Of a DNA stretch of 64,000 nt, positions 55,490 through 63,342 are shown piece by piece. Position numbers and translations under genes: made by a program. The DNA comes from Bacteroidales bacterium. Its GTDB lineage: Bacteria; Bacteroidota; Bacteroidia; Bacteroidales; UBA932. A model generated the notes under the pieces. That model worked only from the letters and a program-made list of their open reading frames with translations. It did no database searches and had not been told where the DNA came from. Numbering within the stretch: position 1 is the first letter of the stretch; each line of letters starts with the position of its first letter. The stretch covers positions 19,780 through 83,779 of the forward strand of contig JAKSJP010000003.1 of NCBI GenBank assembly GCA_024398105.1, read 5' to 3'.

Positions 55490-56836
55490 GCTGTTCCTGG
55501 ACAGGTCCATCAACCTGTGTCCTGAAACGCCTTCCCTTGTCCTGACAGACGAGAACTCATAGCCGAGCTCCTTCAAGGAGCAACGGCTGATGCAGTATTC
55601 TGCCGGGTATATCGTATAGTCCTGCCTGATCTTGTTGATTCCCAGGACAAAGACAATCTCGTCAGGATCCTCTCCCCCGCAGATATCTACGATGGATGCA
55701 ATGTCATTACGGTCCCAGATACGTCCATTGTCATACATGTTCTGAGGAGTATACCATATCATCTCCAGCATCTGCTGTGGAGATGTACACTGCTCGAAAT
55801 ATGGGATGTACTGAGGATCCATACGTGCCTGGTTGAACTGGAACTGTGACAGAGAAGCCATGGCATTGGCGACCTGAGAATCAGATGCACTGTAGAAATC
55901 CAGGCCGAAATACAGCTTGGAATCCCCGTTGAAGCTCATCGCGTTGGTAATCACTCCCTGGTTTCCGCTCTTGTCATAGCCAGTGACATGGAGCAGTACT
56001 CCAAGCTCGCGGTTGTCATAGGTATAGATCATCGTATGCAGGTTTTCAGTCCTCTTCTCATCGATCGCGACGAAACCGTCCAGCGATGGAGTGAAGATGA
56101 ATCTGGTGATGGAAGACACGATGCGGAGCTTCTCATCAACTGCAGCTACAGCCACCATGACATCGAGGTCCGGATAATTCTCATTCATGACAAGGTCGGT
56201 ACCGACTGAAGCAATCTCGGAGAAGGTCGAGCCTAAAGAGACCTCGTTGCTCATATAATAGCTGATGTATGTAGCCACCAGCTCATCGTCCATCTCAGAG
56301 AACCTGTCCCTGGTTCCAAGGAAAGTGAATGAATACCAGCCAACATCCTCGCGGCTAGGGATGACCTCCGCGACGAAATCGAACGGCCTGCTCTCGCTCA
56401 TCCTGATGTCGAAGCTTACTTTCTCAGTCTGGACGTCCAGGATCACAGGATCGGTAGTCATCTCTCCAGCTCCGTTGAGGCCGAACGCAACTATGACATA
56501 GTCAGTATCGGTCATCAGGCCGGTAAATGGCACGGTCTGGCTTCCCACCTTGAGCAGAGAGCCCCAGTTCGCGCCAAGATCGACCTTTTCACGAAGGTCT
56601 GAGACCATGGACTCAGGAGTCACCTTGTACTTCCTGTAATCAGACTTGGTATATTTCGCGATATAGAACGGTGTCGCATCTGGAACGTCAACCTTGACTT
56701 CGATGCTGGTCAGGCCGTTGTCCACGACCGACGCCCTTAAGAACATCTCCTGAGGAATCTCCAGCGGTTCCTCGCAGGCTGACACGAAAAGGCCGGCAAG
56801 CACAGCCAGCATCAACATTATGCGTGATTTCATCAT
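55424..56836 (-). CDS. Hypothetical surface lipoprotein (last gene of the five-gene operon)
   Basis: 470 aa with lipobox LFVSA|CEEPLE. No recognised domain. Its start overlaps the stop of the upstream gene (ATGA). Its 3' end overlaps the convergent barrel gene by 66 nt. Confidence 0.6.
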   Translation of the reverse strand: MMKSRIMLMLAVLAGLFVSACEEPLEIPQEMFLRASVVDNGLTSIEVKVDVPDATPFYIAKYTKSDYRKYKVTPESMVSDLREKVDLGANWGSLLKVGSQTVPFTGLMTDTDYVIVAFGLNGAGEMTTDPVILDVQTEKVSFDIRMSESRPFDFVAEVIPSREDVGWYSFTFLGTRDRFSEMDDELVATYISYYMSNEVSLGSTFSEIASVGTDLVMNENYPDLDVMVAVAAVDEKLRIVSSITRFIFTPSLDGFVAIDEKRTENLHTMIYTYDNRELGVLLHVTGYDKSGNQGVITNAMSFNGDSKLYFGLDFYSASDSQVANAMASLSQFQFNQARMDPQYIPYFEQCTSPQQMLEMIWYTPQNMYDNGRIWDRNDIASIVDICGGEDPDEIVFVLGINKIRQDYTIYPAEYCISRCSLKELGYEFSSVRTREGVSGHRLMDLSRNSLEAVSKADTKSVAKGFVKSKI

Positions 56837-58239
56837 TTCGTTTCGTATTTGAGTGTTATGCTCTGACCTACTGGAACGATTACGCTGTTGTCCACGAATT
56901 CCACGTGGTCGCGATAATAGTTCAGCTTCTCGACTGCCTGAGGACCGGAGACGGTCTGTCTGGTGACATAGACCACCACAGAAAGCTTGTTCTTGTCCAG
57001 TACCGTAGCTGGTATATCCATCGTATAGTTGAACGCATTGATACTGCGTCCAGAGGCTGAGAACTCATCTCCGGTCAACAGCTTTGTCGCATATGAACGC
57101 ACCACATTGCCATGTTCAAAGTTCTCGAGTTCAGACGCAGTGTAGAGATTTGTGTAGTCGGTCTGGGCAGCCACGACTCCGTTCTCCATCAGTGCGACAT
57201 GGACATGGTATGTGCCGGCGTCCTTGACGAAAATAGTCGGATGGACCTCTACCTTGCCTTTCGAATAGAGCACCTGCGCGCTTATCGCGGTCTGAGCCTT
57301 GTAGGATGTCTTCTCTTCCTCGCAGAAAGCCTTTATGATCTCATAGAAGGTCGGAGAAGCGACGCTGAACGCGAATCCACGCTCATCGAGCGTCAAAGTA
57401 GGCTTGCCTGTCACCGAGAAGCGCTTCTCATAGCGTGATGACTCACTGAAGCGGAGACGGGAGACAGAGTTCGCATCATAGAAACAGATGCAGTTCAGCC
57501 TGCCTGGTTCCTCTGTGCTGAACCTTGCGACGTCATATGCAAGATTAGGGCAGAAACCGCACCAGTCACCGGTGAAGCGGTAACCGAGGACTCCCTTGTA
57601 GAAATCCCTGGTCCAGTCAACCTCGACATGAGCCGCCTGTATGACAGATACGGAAAGAGTCTTTCCGTCAGCTGTCGCAAAGGCGAGATGGCCTGAACGC
57701 GAACTTGTCTTGGTGTTGGCCTTGACCCCGAAGGCGATCTCTTCCTCGTTTCCTTCACCCTTGAAGGATGTGGAAGACGGGAGTGTAACCCAATCTACGT
57801 CGGCTGTCACGGTATAGTCCACATTGGACTTGACGCGCACCACAAAGCCACCTTCCTCCGGGACATAATACATTTCGTTGTCCGTGCTGATGATATCCAC
57901 GCTAGGCTGGGTGAAGCTGTACATGATCGTATTTGCGCCGTCGACTATATAGAAGGCGCCTGTACGGCCCTTCATCGAAGAGTTCTCATCGAAATGGACA
58001 GTGATCACAGCTTCGCCAGGAAGACCTGCAGAAGGCGTGACATACATCCAGTCATTGTCGTTCACGACGCTCCATCTCTCGGTCGCGGTGAATCTGTATG
58101 TCATGGAAGATTTCTCCGGGCCTATGGTCTCAGATGCGCCGGGCTTGTCCTCCGGATGGATATTTGGCTGGCACGCGACGAAAGCCGATGTCAGCAAGGT
58201 CACCATCGCAAGAATTGAAATTAGTTTGCGGATTCTCAT
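56833..58239 (-). CDS. Lipoprotein with two BACON-like domains and an Omp28-related thioredoxin-fold domain carrying CxxC
   Basis: The ORF-track start 58245 is TTG; the first ATG is 58239 (MRIRKLISILAMVTLLTSAFVA|C). BACON-like segments (RWSVVNDNDWMYVTPSAGLPGEAVITV; VDWVTLPSS...SVSVIQ). Then GYRFTGDWCGFCPNLA, similar to the GTWCGxCP motif of Omp28-related proteins as I recall them. Confidence 0.6.
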   Translation of the reverse strand: MRIRKLISILAMVTLLTSAFVACQPNIHPEDKPGASETIGPEKSSMTYRFTATERWSVVNDNDWMYVTPSAGLPGEAVITVHFDENSSMKGRTGAFYIVDGANTIMYSFTQPSVDIISTDNEMYYVPEEGGFVVRVKSNVDYTVTADVDWVTLPSSTSFKGEGNEEEIAFGVKANTKTSSRSGHLAFATADGKTLSVSVIQAAHVEVDWTRDFYKGVLGYRFTGDWCGFCPNLAYDVARFSTEEPGRLNCICFYDANSVSRLRFSESSRYEKRFSVTGKPTLTLDERGFAFSVASPTFYEIIKAFCEEEKTSYKAQTAISAQVLYSKGKVEVHPTIFVKDAGTYHVHVALMENGVVAAQTDYTNLYTASELENFEHGNVVRSYATKLLTGDEFSASGRSINAFNYTMDIPATVLDKNKLSVVVYVTRQTVSGPQAVEKLNYYRDHVEFVDNSVIVPVGQSITLKYETK

Positions 58240-58245
58240 AATCAA

Positions 58246-59823
58246 CTAGAATGAGGTAGTTAGCGTGAAGTTCGCACCTGTATATGCAGGGATGAGCCTG
58301 CAGACTCCTCCGGCACACTGATAGCCCTCGCGGAACCTTCCGAAATTGAGAGCCGCGCGTATCTTGGAGCGTGAATAGCTGAGGCCTCCGTTGAAATAGT
58401 GGATACGTGTGAAACCATAGTTCCACATATCGCTGACGGAGAAGCTCCAGCCTGGGGAGATAGTGTACTCCACGGTGCCCGCGCACCAGTTGCCGTCGCC
58501 CTGACCGCTCCAGAGATGCTGATACTCCGCACGTACTGCGTGCTTGTTGTTGATCTTGTAGGTAACGTCTCCCACGATGGTATGGCTTCTGCGGAACTCA
58601 TACGAAGGATGGGCTCCGACCCTGTTGTTGTAGGTCTGCCATGTATAGAGCACGACCGTCTTGACATGCCTTCCCCACCATCTTTCCGCGTCAAGGGTCA
58701 AGTCTCGGAAATAGAGCTCATCAGCCTTGATCTCAGGCATAGGAGAAGGACCGTAGAATGTCGAGAAGTTGGTATGCACCCTCATTCCACGGTTTCCTCC
58801 GAGCTTCGAGCCCCTTGCGAAGAAATAATAGACATCTGCCTGTCCTCCGACCTCGCCGTCCATCTGACTCTGATAAGGAGTGAGCGAAGCGAGGGAATAA
58901 GTATGCTGCTGGGTCAAGGCCGGGATATAGTTCAGAGCCGTGAACATGGTACCCTGATTGTAGTCCGACTGGAATCCGGCGTTCAGGATACGTCTGAAAG
59001 TCAGGTTCGCGCCGAATCCGCCGCTGGTGTATGTACCTTCGGCCAGGATGGCACGGGACTTACCTGTCTCATAGTTGTTATATACGCTTACGTCCGAATC
59101 CCTCAGGACATATTCTCCCTTGAGCGTCAGGCCGTTCCAGTCGAACAGGAGACGGGCCGACCCTCCGTTCACGTCCGGGCTGATCAAGCCTTCCATCCAC
59201 TCGCTTTCCAATGCCTGATGCTTGTTGATGAAGCTGCCCTCGAGCGAGAGATTGAAGAGGTCCCCGTGACCGGCAAGTTCCATAAGATTGACACTGAAGT
59301 CCGCGCCGATTATCCTCGAGCCGTAATTATACTCCTTGAACGCCTTCGGGAAACCAACCATGGCCGAGACTGAGATCTTGCCGTCCCAGTTGTAGCCGAG
59401 ATTCACTCCCTCGAGCGCCGTATTGAGGCCCAGGGACCTTTCCTCATAGGCCCTGAAAAGCAAACCGCTGCCGTACTGGCCATAGAAATCACCGACAGTG
59501 GCGGTGAATCCCTTGTCGCGGAATCGAAGATATCTGTTCGACAGAGAGAAGCCCTTGAGCTGCTCGGGATATCCAAGGAGCTGAGGGAAGTAGCCTTCCA
59601 TCTGCAGTCCCGCCTCGAACTTGCCAAGGCCGCAGTCGATCTTGAGGTAGTTGTTTGTACCGAAACCGCCATCCGGACGGACGCTGCCTCCAGCAGGGTC
59701 TTCCACATAGTAGATCGAGTTGGACTCGAGTCCACCTGTCACATAACCCTTCTCCCAGAAACTCTGAGCGGAAGCGCTGAACGCTCCCGCTGACAACAAT
59801 ATGGTAAATATGATTTTTCTCAT
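58246..59823 (-). CDS. Large plug-less outer-membrane beta-barrel (DUF6029-like)
   Basis: 525 aa with signal peptide ...AFSASA|Q. Alternating amphipathic strands rich in Y/G/N, C-terminal FTLTTSF. No TonB box or plug motif seen. The DUF6029 assignment is from memory of the N-terminal pattern SFWEKGYVTGGLESNSIYY. Confidence 0.55.
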   Translation of the reverse strand: MRKIIFTILLSAGAFSASAQSFWEKGYVTGGLESNSIYYVEDPAGGSVRPDGGFGTNNYLKIDCGLGKFEAGLQMEGYFPQLLGYPEQLKGFSLSNRYLRFRDKGFTATVGDFYGQYGSGLLFRAYEERSLGLNTALEGVNLGYNWDGKISVSAMVGFPKAFKEYNYGSRIIGADFSVNLMELAGHGDLFNLSLEGSFINKHQALESEWMEGLISPDVNGGSARLLFDWNGLTLKGEYVLRDSDVSVYNNYETGKSRAILAEGTYTSGGFGANLTFRRILNAGFQSDYNQGTMFTALNYIPALTQQHTYSLASLTPYQSQMDGEVGGQADVYYFFARGSKLGGNRGMRVHTNFSTFYGPSPMPEIKADELYFRDLTLDAERWWGRHVKTVVLYTWQTYNNRVGAHPSYEFRRSHTIVGDVTYKINNKHAVRAEYQHLWSGQGDGNWCAGTVEYTISPGWSFSVSDMWNYGFTRIHYFNGGLSYSRSKIRAALNFGRFREGYQCAGGVCRLIPAYTGANFTLTTSF

Positions 59824-59833
59824 GGATACGGTC

Positions 59834-60316
59834 CTACAGCTTCTTCAATGTCTCATAGACCGCCTGCTCGTCTCCAGGAGTATATCCTATATGGGTATAT
59901 ACGACCTTGCCGGTCTTATCCAGGATGAACATGGTAGGATTGCTCTGGACATTCATGGATCTCTTGAAATCGCCATTCTTGTCAAGAGCGATGACAAACG
60001 GCCAACCTCTGCCTTTCGCCAGAGGCAATGCCTTGCTGCTGTTCCTGGAGTCATCCGTAGATACAGCGACGACCTCGAAGTCGAACTCGTCCATCCAGTC
60101 GAAATAGCAGTCACTTATCGCTCCCATCTCCTGAAGGCATGGCTTGCAGGAGGTATCCCAGAACGACAGGACTACAGGCTTGCCCTTAGGAAGGATGCTG
60201 GCAACGCTGACGGTCTCGCCCTTGGCGTTGACCACATTGACAGTAGTCACCACCTTCTGGGCACTCGCCCCTACCGCGACCAACATCGCAGCCATCAAAA
60301 GAATGAATCTCTTCAT
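59834..60316 (-). CDS. TlpA-family periplasmic thiol:disulfide oxidoreductase (thioredoxin fold)
   Basis: 160 aa with cleavable signal ...GASA|Q. Active site FWDTSCKPCLQEM (CxxC). Confidence 0.8.
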   Translation of the reverse strand: MKRFILLMAAMLVAVGASAQKVVTTVNVVNAKGETVSVASILPKGKPVVLSFWDTSCKPCLQEMGAISDCYFDWMDEFDFEVVAVSTDDSRNSSKALPLAKGRGWPFVIALDKNGDFKRSMNVQSNPTMFILDKTGKVVYTHIGYTPGDEQAVYETLKKL

Positions 60317-60318
60317 AT

Positions 60319-61560
60319 CTACTTGAGGATGAAGCTTGTAGTATTGAAGCTATCGTCAATTCCGTATCCGAAAGCGCATGAGTTGTCAGGTGCGATGTAG
60401 CACATCTTGGTCTCTGCGAAGACGTCAAGCACATCTGCGCCAAGCATCTCGGCTACGTCGACAGCGCTCTTCTCGCCTGCCTTCCATACATAGGAATGTA
60501 CCGGCTTAGGATCCCACATGCTCTGCTTGGTAGAGCCTACTACAGTTCCGTCATCAGAGATGCTTCCTGGCTCAAAGTCGCCATTCTCGCAGATCACGAG
60601 CTCCTTTGTCTTGAGGTTGAAGCGTGCTGCCACCTCTGCTACGTCGAACTCCTCTGAGTACTCCTGGACTGTAAGAGCGACCCACTCTCCATTGGCGCTG
60701 ATGCCGCATGGATGGAACATCATGTATGGAGCGTTCACAGGTGTCTCAGGGTCCCACTCGAAAGGATGGAAGAATGCCTTGCAGACAGGATCTACAACAT
60801 ATGATCCATCTGCCTGCCTGTTCCAGATCACGAGAGGCCAGCTGGCTGTGTCGTCAATCACGAAGCCGCAGAGGACGCTTGCATCGGCAGACATCCATCT
60901 TACCTCTGCACCGTCTACATTGAAACCGATAGACTCTGAGCTAGGGACCGGAAGAGTGATTCTGTCAGACTCAGATGTGAAAGGAGCCTTCCAGATACAT
61001 GGGAGCGGGCTGTATCCGTTATAGTAGAAACCAGCGATGAGGTTGCCCTCCTCGTTGATCGAATATGCAGCTGATCCATCCTCCACTGCTACAGTATATG
61101 TATAGATGCTGCCATCCCAGTCCTCATAGGACTGCTCCACGACGTCTGGGTTATAGTAAAGGAACTTGCCGGCAGTGCCCTTGCCCATGAAAGCATAGTT
61201 GTTGAAAGAATCATCTCCGGCATTTGCGTCACGACCCTGTCCTACGATAGTTCCGGCCAGATTCATACCGAAAGAATCACCCAGGATATTGGCGATCTCA
61301 ACTACATCCTTATTCTCGACATCCCATACTGCAGGGTTGCCGCTGATGAAGTTGGAGCCTGCCGCGAACTTTCCGTCAGGAGTGCCGGTAAGCACCATCA
61401 TTTCGACTGATGAGCTTGAAGGTGAAAGGGTGAGTGTAGTGAATGTGCCGTCGTATACTACCTCTGGTTCCTGGTCATCACCGCCTTCCGGACCTGGTTT
61501 GTTACAACTGATGGACATGATGGCCAGAGCCGCCATCGCAAGCAAAGAAATCTTCTTCAT
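60319..61560 (-). CDS. Surface lipoprotein with 6-7 beta-propeller-like repeats (first gene of operon)
   Basis: 413 aa with lipobox MSIS|CNKPGPEGGDDQEPE. Recurring blade-like motif: NLAGTIVG, INEEGNLIAG, MSADASVLCG, ISANGEWVA, ISDDGTVVG, IAPDNSCAFG. Confidence 0.55.
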   Translation of the reverse strand: MKKISLLAMAALAIMSISCNKPGPEGGDDQEPEVVYDGTFTTLTLSPSSSSVEMMVLTGTPDGKFAAGSNFISGNPAVWDVENKDVVEIANILGDSFGMNLAGTIVGQGRDANAGDDSFNNYAFMGKGTAGKFLYYNPDVVEQSYEDWDGSIYTYTVAVEDGSAAYSINEEGNLIAGFYYNGYSPLPCIWKAPFTSESDRITLPVPSSESIGFNVDGAEVRWMSADASVLCGFVIDDTASWPLVIWNRQADGSYVVDPVCKAFFHPFEWDPETPVNAPYMMFHPCGISANGEWVALTVQEYSEEFDVAEVAARFNLKTKELVICENGDFEPGSISDDGTVVGSTKQSMWDPKPVHSYVWKAGEKSAVDVAEMLGADVLDVFAETKMCYIAPDNSCAFGYGIDDSFNTTSFILK

Positions 61561-61604
61561 AAGTGCTGTGTGATATAAAATTGTTATTGTTCGTCAAACA
61601 AGAA

Positions 61605-61628
61605 AAGCCTCAGATTTCTCTGAGGCTT
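61605..61628 (-). terminator. Rho-independent terminator after tRNA-Asp (minus strand)
   Basis: 10-bp stem aagcctcaga/tctgaggctt with loop tttc. On the minus strand it is followed by ttttcttgttt. Confidence 0.75.
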
Positions 61629-61631
61629 CTG

Positions 61632-61705
61632 CGGTGCGGAAGGGACTCGAACCCTCGACCTCCGGCGTGACAGGCCGGCATTCTAACCAGCTGAACTACC
61701 GCACC
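61632..61705 (-). tRNA. tRNA-Asp (anticodon GUC), CCA not encoded
   Basis: The reverse complement reads GGTGCGGTAGTTCAGCTGGTTAGAATGCCGGCCTGTCACGCCGGAGGTCGAGGGTTCGAGTCCCTTCCGCACCG. Anticodon stem CCGGC/GCCGG with loop CTGTCAC. T arm GAGGG-TTCGAGT-CCCTT. Confidence 0.9.
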
Positions 61706-61742
61706 AAGCTAAATAGTCAGGCGTTTTTCTCAAACGCGGATA

Positions 61743-61750
61743 CAAATATA
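61743..61750 (-). promoter_or_regulatory. Candidate -7 box (TATATTTG on minus strand) for tRNA-Asp
   Basis: Plus-strand caaatata is the reverse complement of TATATTTG, 38 nt upstream of the tRNA 5' end. Same octamer as upstream of tRNA-Gly. Confidence 0.4.
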
Positions 61751-61784
61751 GGCATAATTTCCCAACTTCCAAGAATTATTTTAT

Positions 61785-61792
61785 TATTTTTG
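61785..61792 (+). promoter_or_regulatory. Candidate -7 box (TATTTTTG) for cstA
   Basis: Exact TAnnTTTG match, 57 nt upstream of ATG 61849. Confidence 0.35.
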
Positions 61793-61848
61793 TAATGTTT
61801 TCCCCGGAAACTCATTCCGACCTGTAAACGAATTTAACACTAACCGTT

Positions 61849-63315
61849 ATGATTTCATTCATAATCAGCCTTTTAGCTTTAATAATCGGATATTGCGTCT
61901 ATGGAGCCTTCGTCGACAAGGTCTTCGGACCAGACCCAGCAAGGCTCACCCCTTCTGTAACCAAGGCCGACGGAGTCGACTTCATCCCTATGCCGACATG
62001 GAAGGTATTCATGATCCAGTTCCTCAACATCGCAGGAACAGGTCCTATCTTCGGTGCCATCATGGGAGCAAAGTTCGGTCCGTCAGCATATCTCTGGATC
62101 GTCTTCGGGTGCATCTTTGCCGGCGCGGTCCATGACTACCTCTCAGGCATGGTATCCATCCGCAAGGACGGAACAGGACTTCCTGAGATCATCGGAGAGT
62201 ATCTCGGCGGAACGACCAAGAAAGTCATGCTCGCGTTCTCCGTCCTGCTTCTGGTCATGGTCGGAGCAGTGTTCGTATACAGCCCTGCCGTGATTCTCAA
62301 GGACGTGGCAGGAAACGGAACCAACACAGCGATGATGATCTGGGTGGCCGTGATATTCATCTATTATATAATAGCGACCATGCTCCCTATCGACAAGATC
62401 ATCGGAAAGATCTATCCTGTCTTCGCCGTCGCTCTTATATTCATGGCAATCGCACTCATGGTCGGACTCTTCATCAAGTGGCCGACAATCCCTGAGTTCT
62501 GGCAGGGCCTCGCAAACCGCGGTCCGTCAGTAGGAGTCACAGGCCAGCCTATCCTCCCTTGCCTGTTCATCACCATCGCATGTGGTGCGATCAGCGGCTT
62601 CCATGCAACCCAGAGCCCTATGATGGCCCGTTGCCTGAAGAACGAGACATTGGGAAGGCCTGTGTTCTATGGTGCCATGATCACGGAAGGAATGGTCGCT
62701 CTCGTATGGGCGGCGATCTCGTCTTATTTCTTCTTCGACGGAGGTGCCGCAGAGGTAGGAGCCGAGCTCAGCGCGTCCGCCCCTGTAATCGTCACGAAGA
62801 TCTCGACCGCATGGCTTGGTGTCGCAGGCGGAATCCTCGCGATGCTCGGTGTTGTCGCAGCGCCTATCACAAGCGGCGACACAGCTCTCAGAGGAGCGCG
62901 CCTGATCGTAGCGGACGCATTCCATATGGAGCAGAAGACTAACAGGAGCAGGCTCATCATCTGCATTCCTATCTTCGTCATCGCAGCCCTCATCCTCTGG
63001 TACAACATCGCAGACGCCAACGGATTCAACACAATCTGGAAGTACTTCGGCTGGGCTAACCAGTCACTCTCGATATTCACACTCTGGGCTCTTACAGTAT
63101 TCCTCAGGAGAGAGCGCAAGGGCATGTACTACATCATCACCCTCATTCCTGCGATGTTCATGACCGCGATATGCACGACATACATCTTCATCGACAAGAC
63201 ATGTCTCGGACTGGACCCTAAGTTCAGTTTCCCTGTCGCACTCGGCACAGCGCTCATTTCTTTCGTCCTTTTCCTTATATGGAACAGTAAAGAAGACAAA
63301 AAATCACTATCTTAG
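61849..63315 (+). CDS. cstA: Carbon starvation protein A family transporter (peptide/pyruvate uptake)
   Basis: 488 aa, polytopic. CstA N-terminal signature PMPTWKVFMIQFLNIAGTGPIFGAIMGAKFGP. Confidence 0.88.
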   Translation: MISFIISLLALIIGYCVYGAFVDKVFGPDPARLTPSVTKADGVDFIPMPTWKVFMIQFLNIAGTGPIFGAIMGAKFGPSAYLWIVFGCIFAGAVHDYLSGMVSIRKDGTGLPEIIGEYLGGTTKKVMLAFSVLLLVMVGAVFVYSPAVILKDVAGNGTNTAMMIWVAVIFIYYIIATMLPIDKIIGKIYPVFAVALIFMAIALMVGLFIKWPTIPEFWQGLANRGPSVGVTGQPILPCLFITIACGAISGFHATQSPMMARCLKNETLGRPVFYGAMITEGMVALVWAAISSYFFFDGGAAEVGAELSASAPVIVTKISTAWLGVAGGILAMLGVVAAPITSGDTALRGARLIVADAFHMEQKTNRSRLIICIPIFVIAALILWYNIADANGFNTIWKYFGWANQSLSIFTLWALTVFLRRERKGMYYIITLIPAMFMTAICTTYIFIDKTCLGLDPKFSFPVALGTALISFVLFLIWNSKEDKKSLS

Positions 63316-63342
63316 TAGAAACCCATAAAAACACAGAACAAT

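Noticed and set aside
58399-59373. 324-aa plus-strand ORF antisense to the DUF6029-like barrel gene
   Set aside because: Same reasoning. The minus-strand frame gives a signal peptide, an amphipathic beta-strand pattern and a terminal Phe, while the antisense product is low-complexity and Arg-rich.
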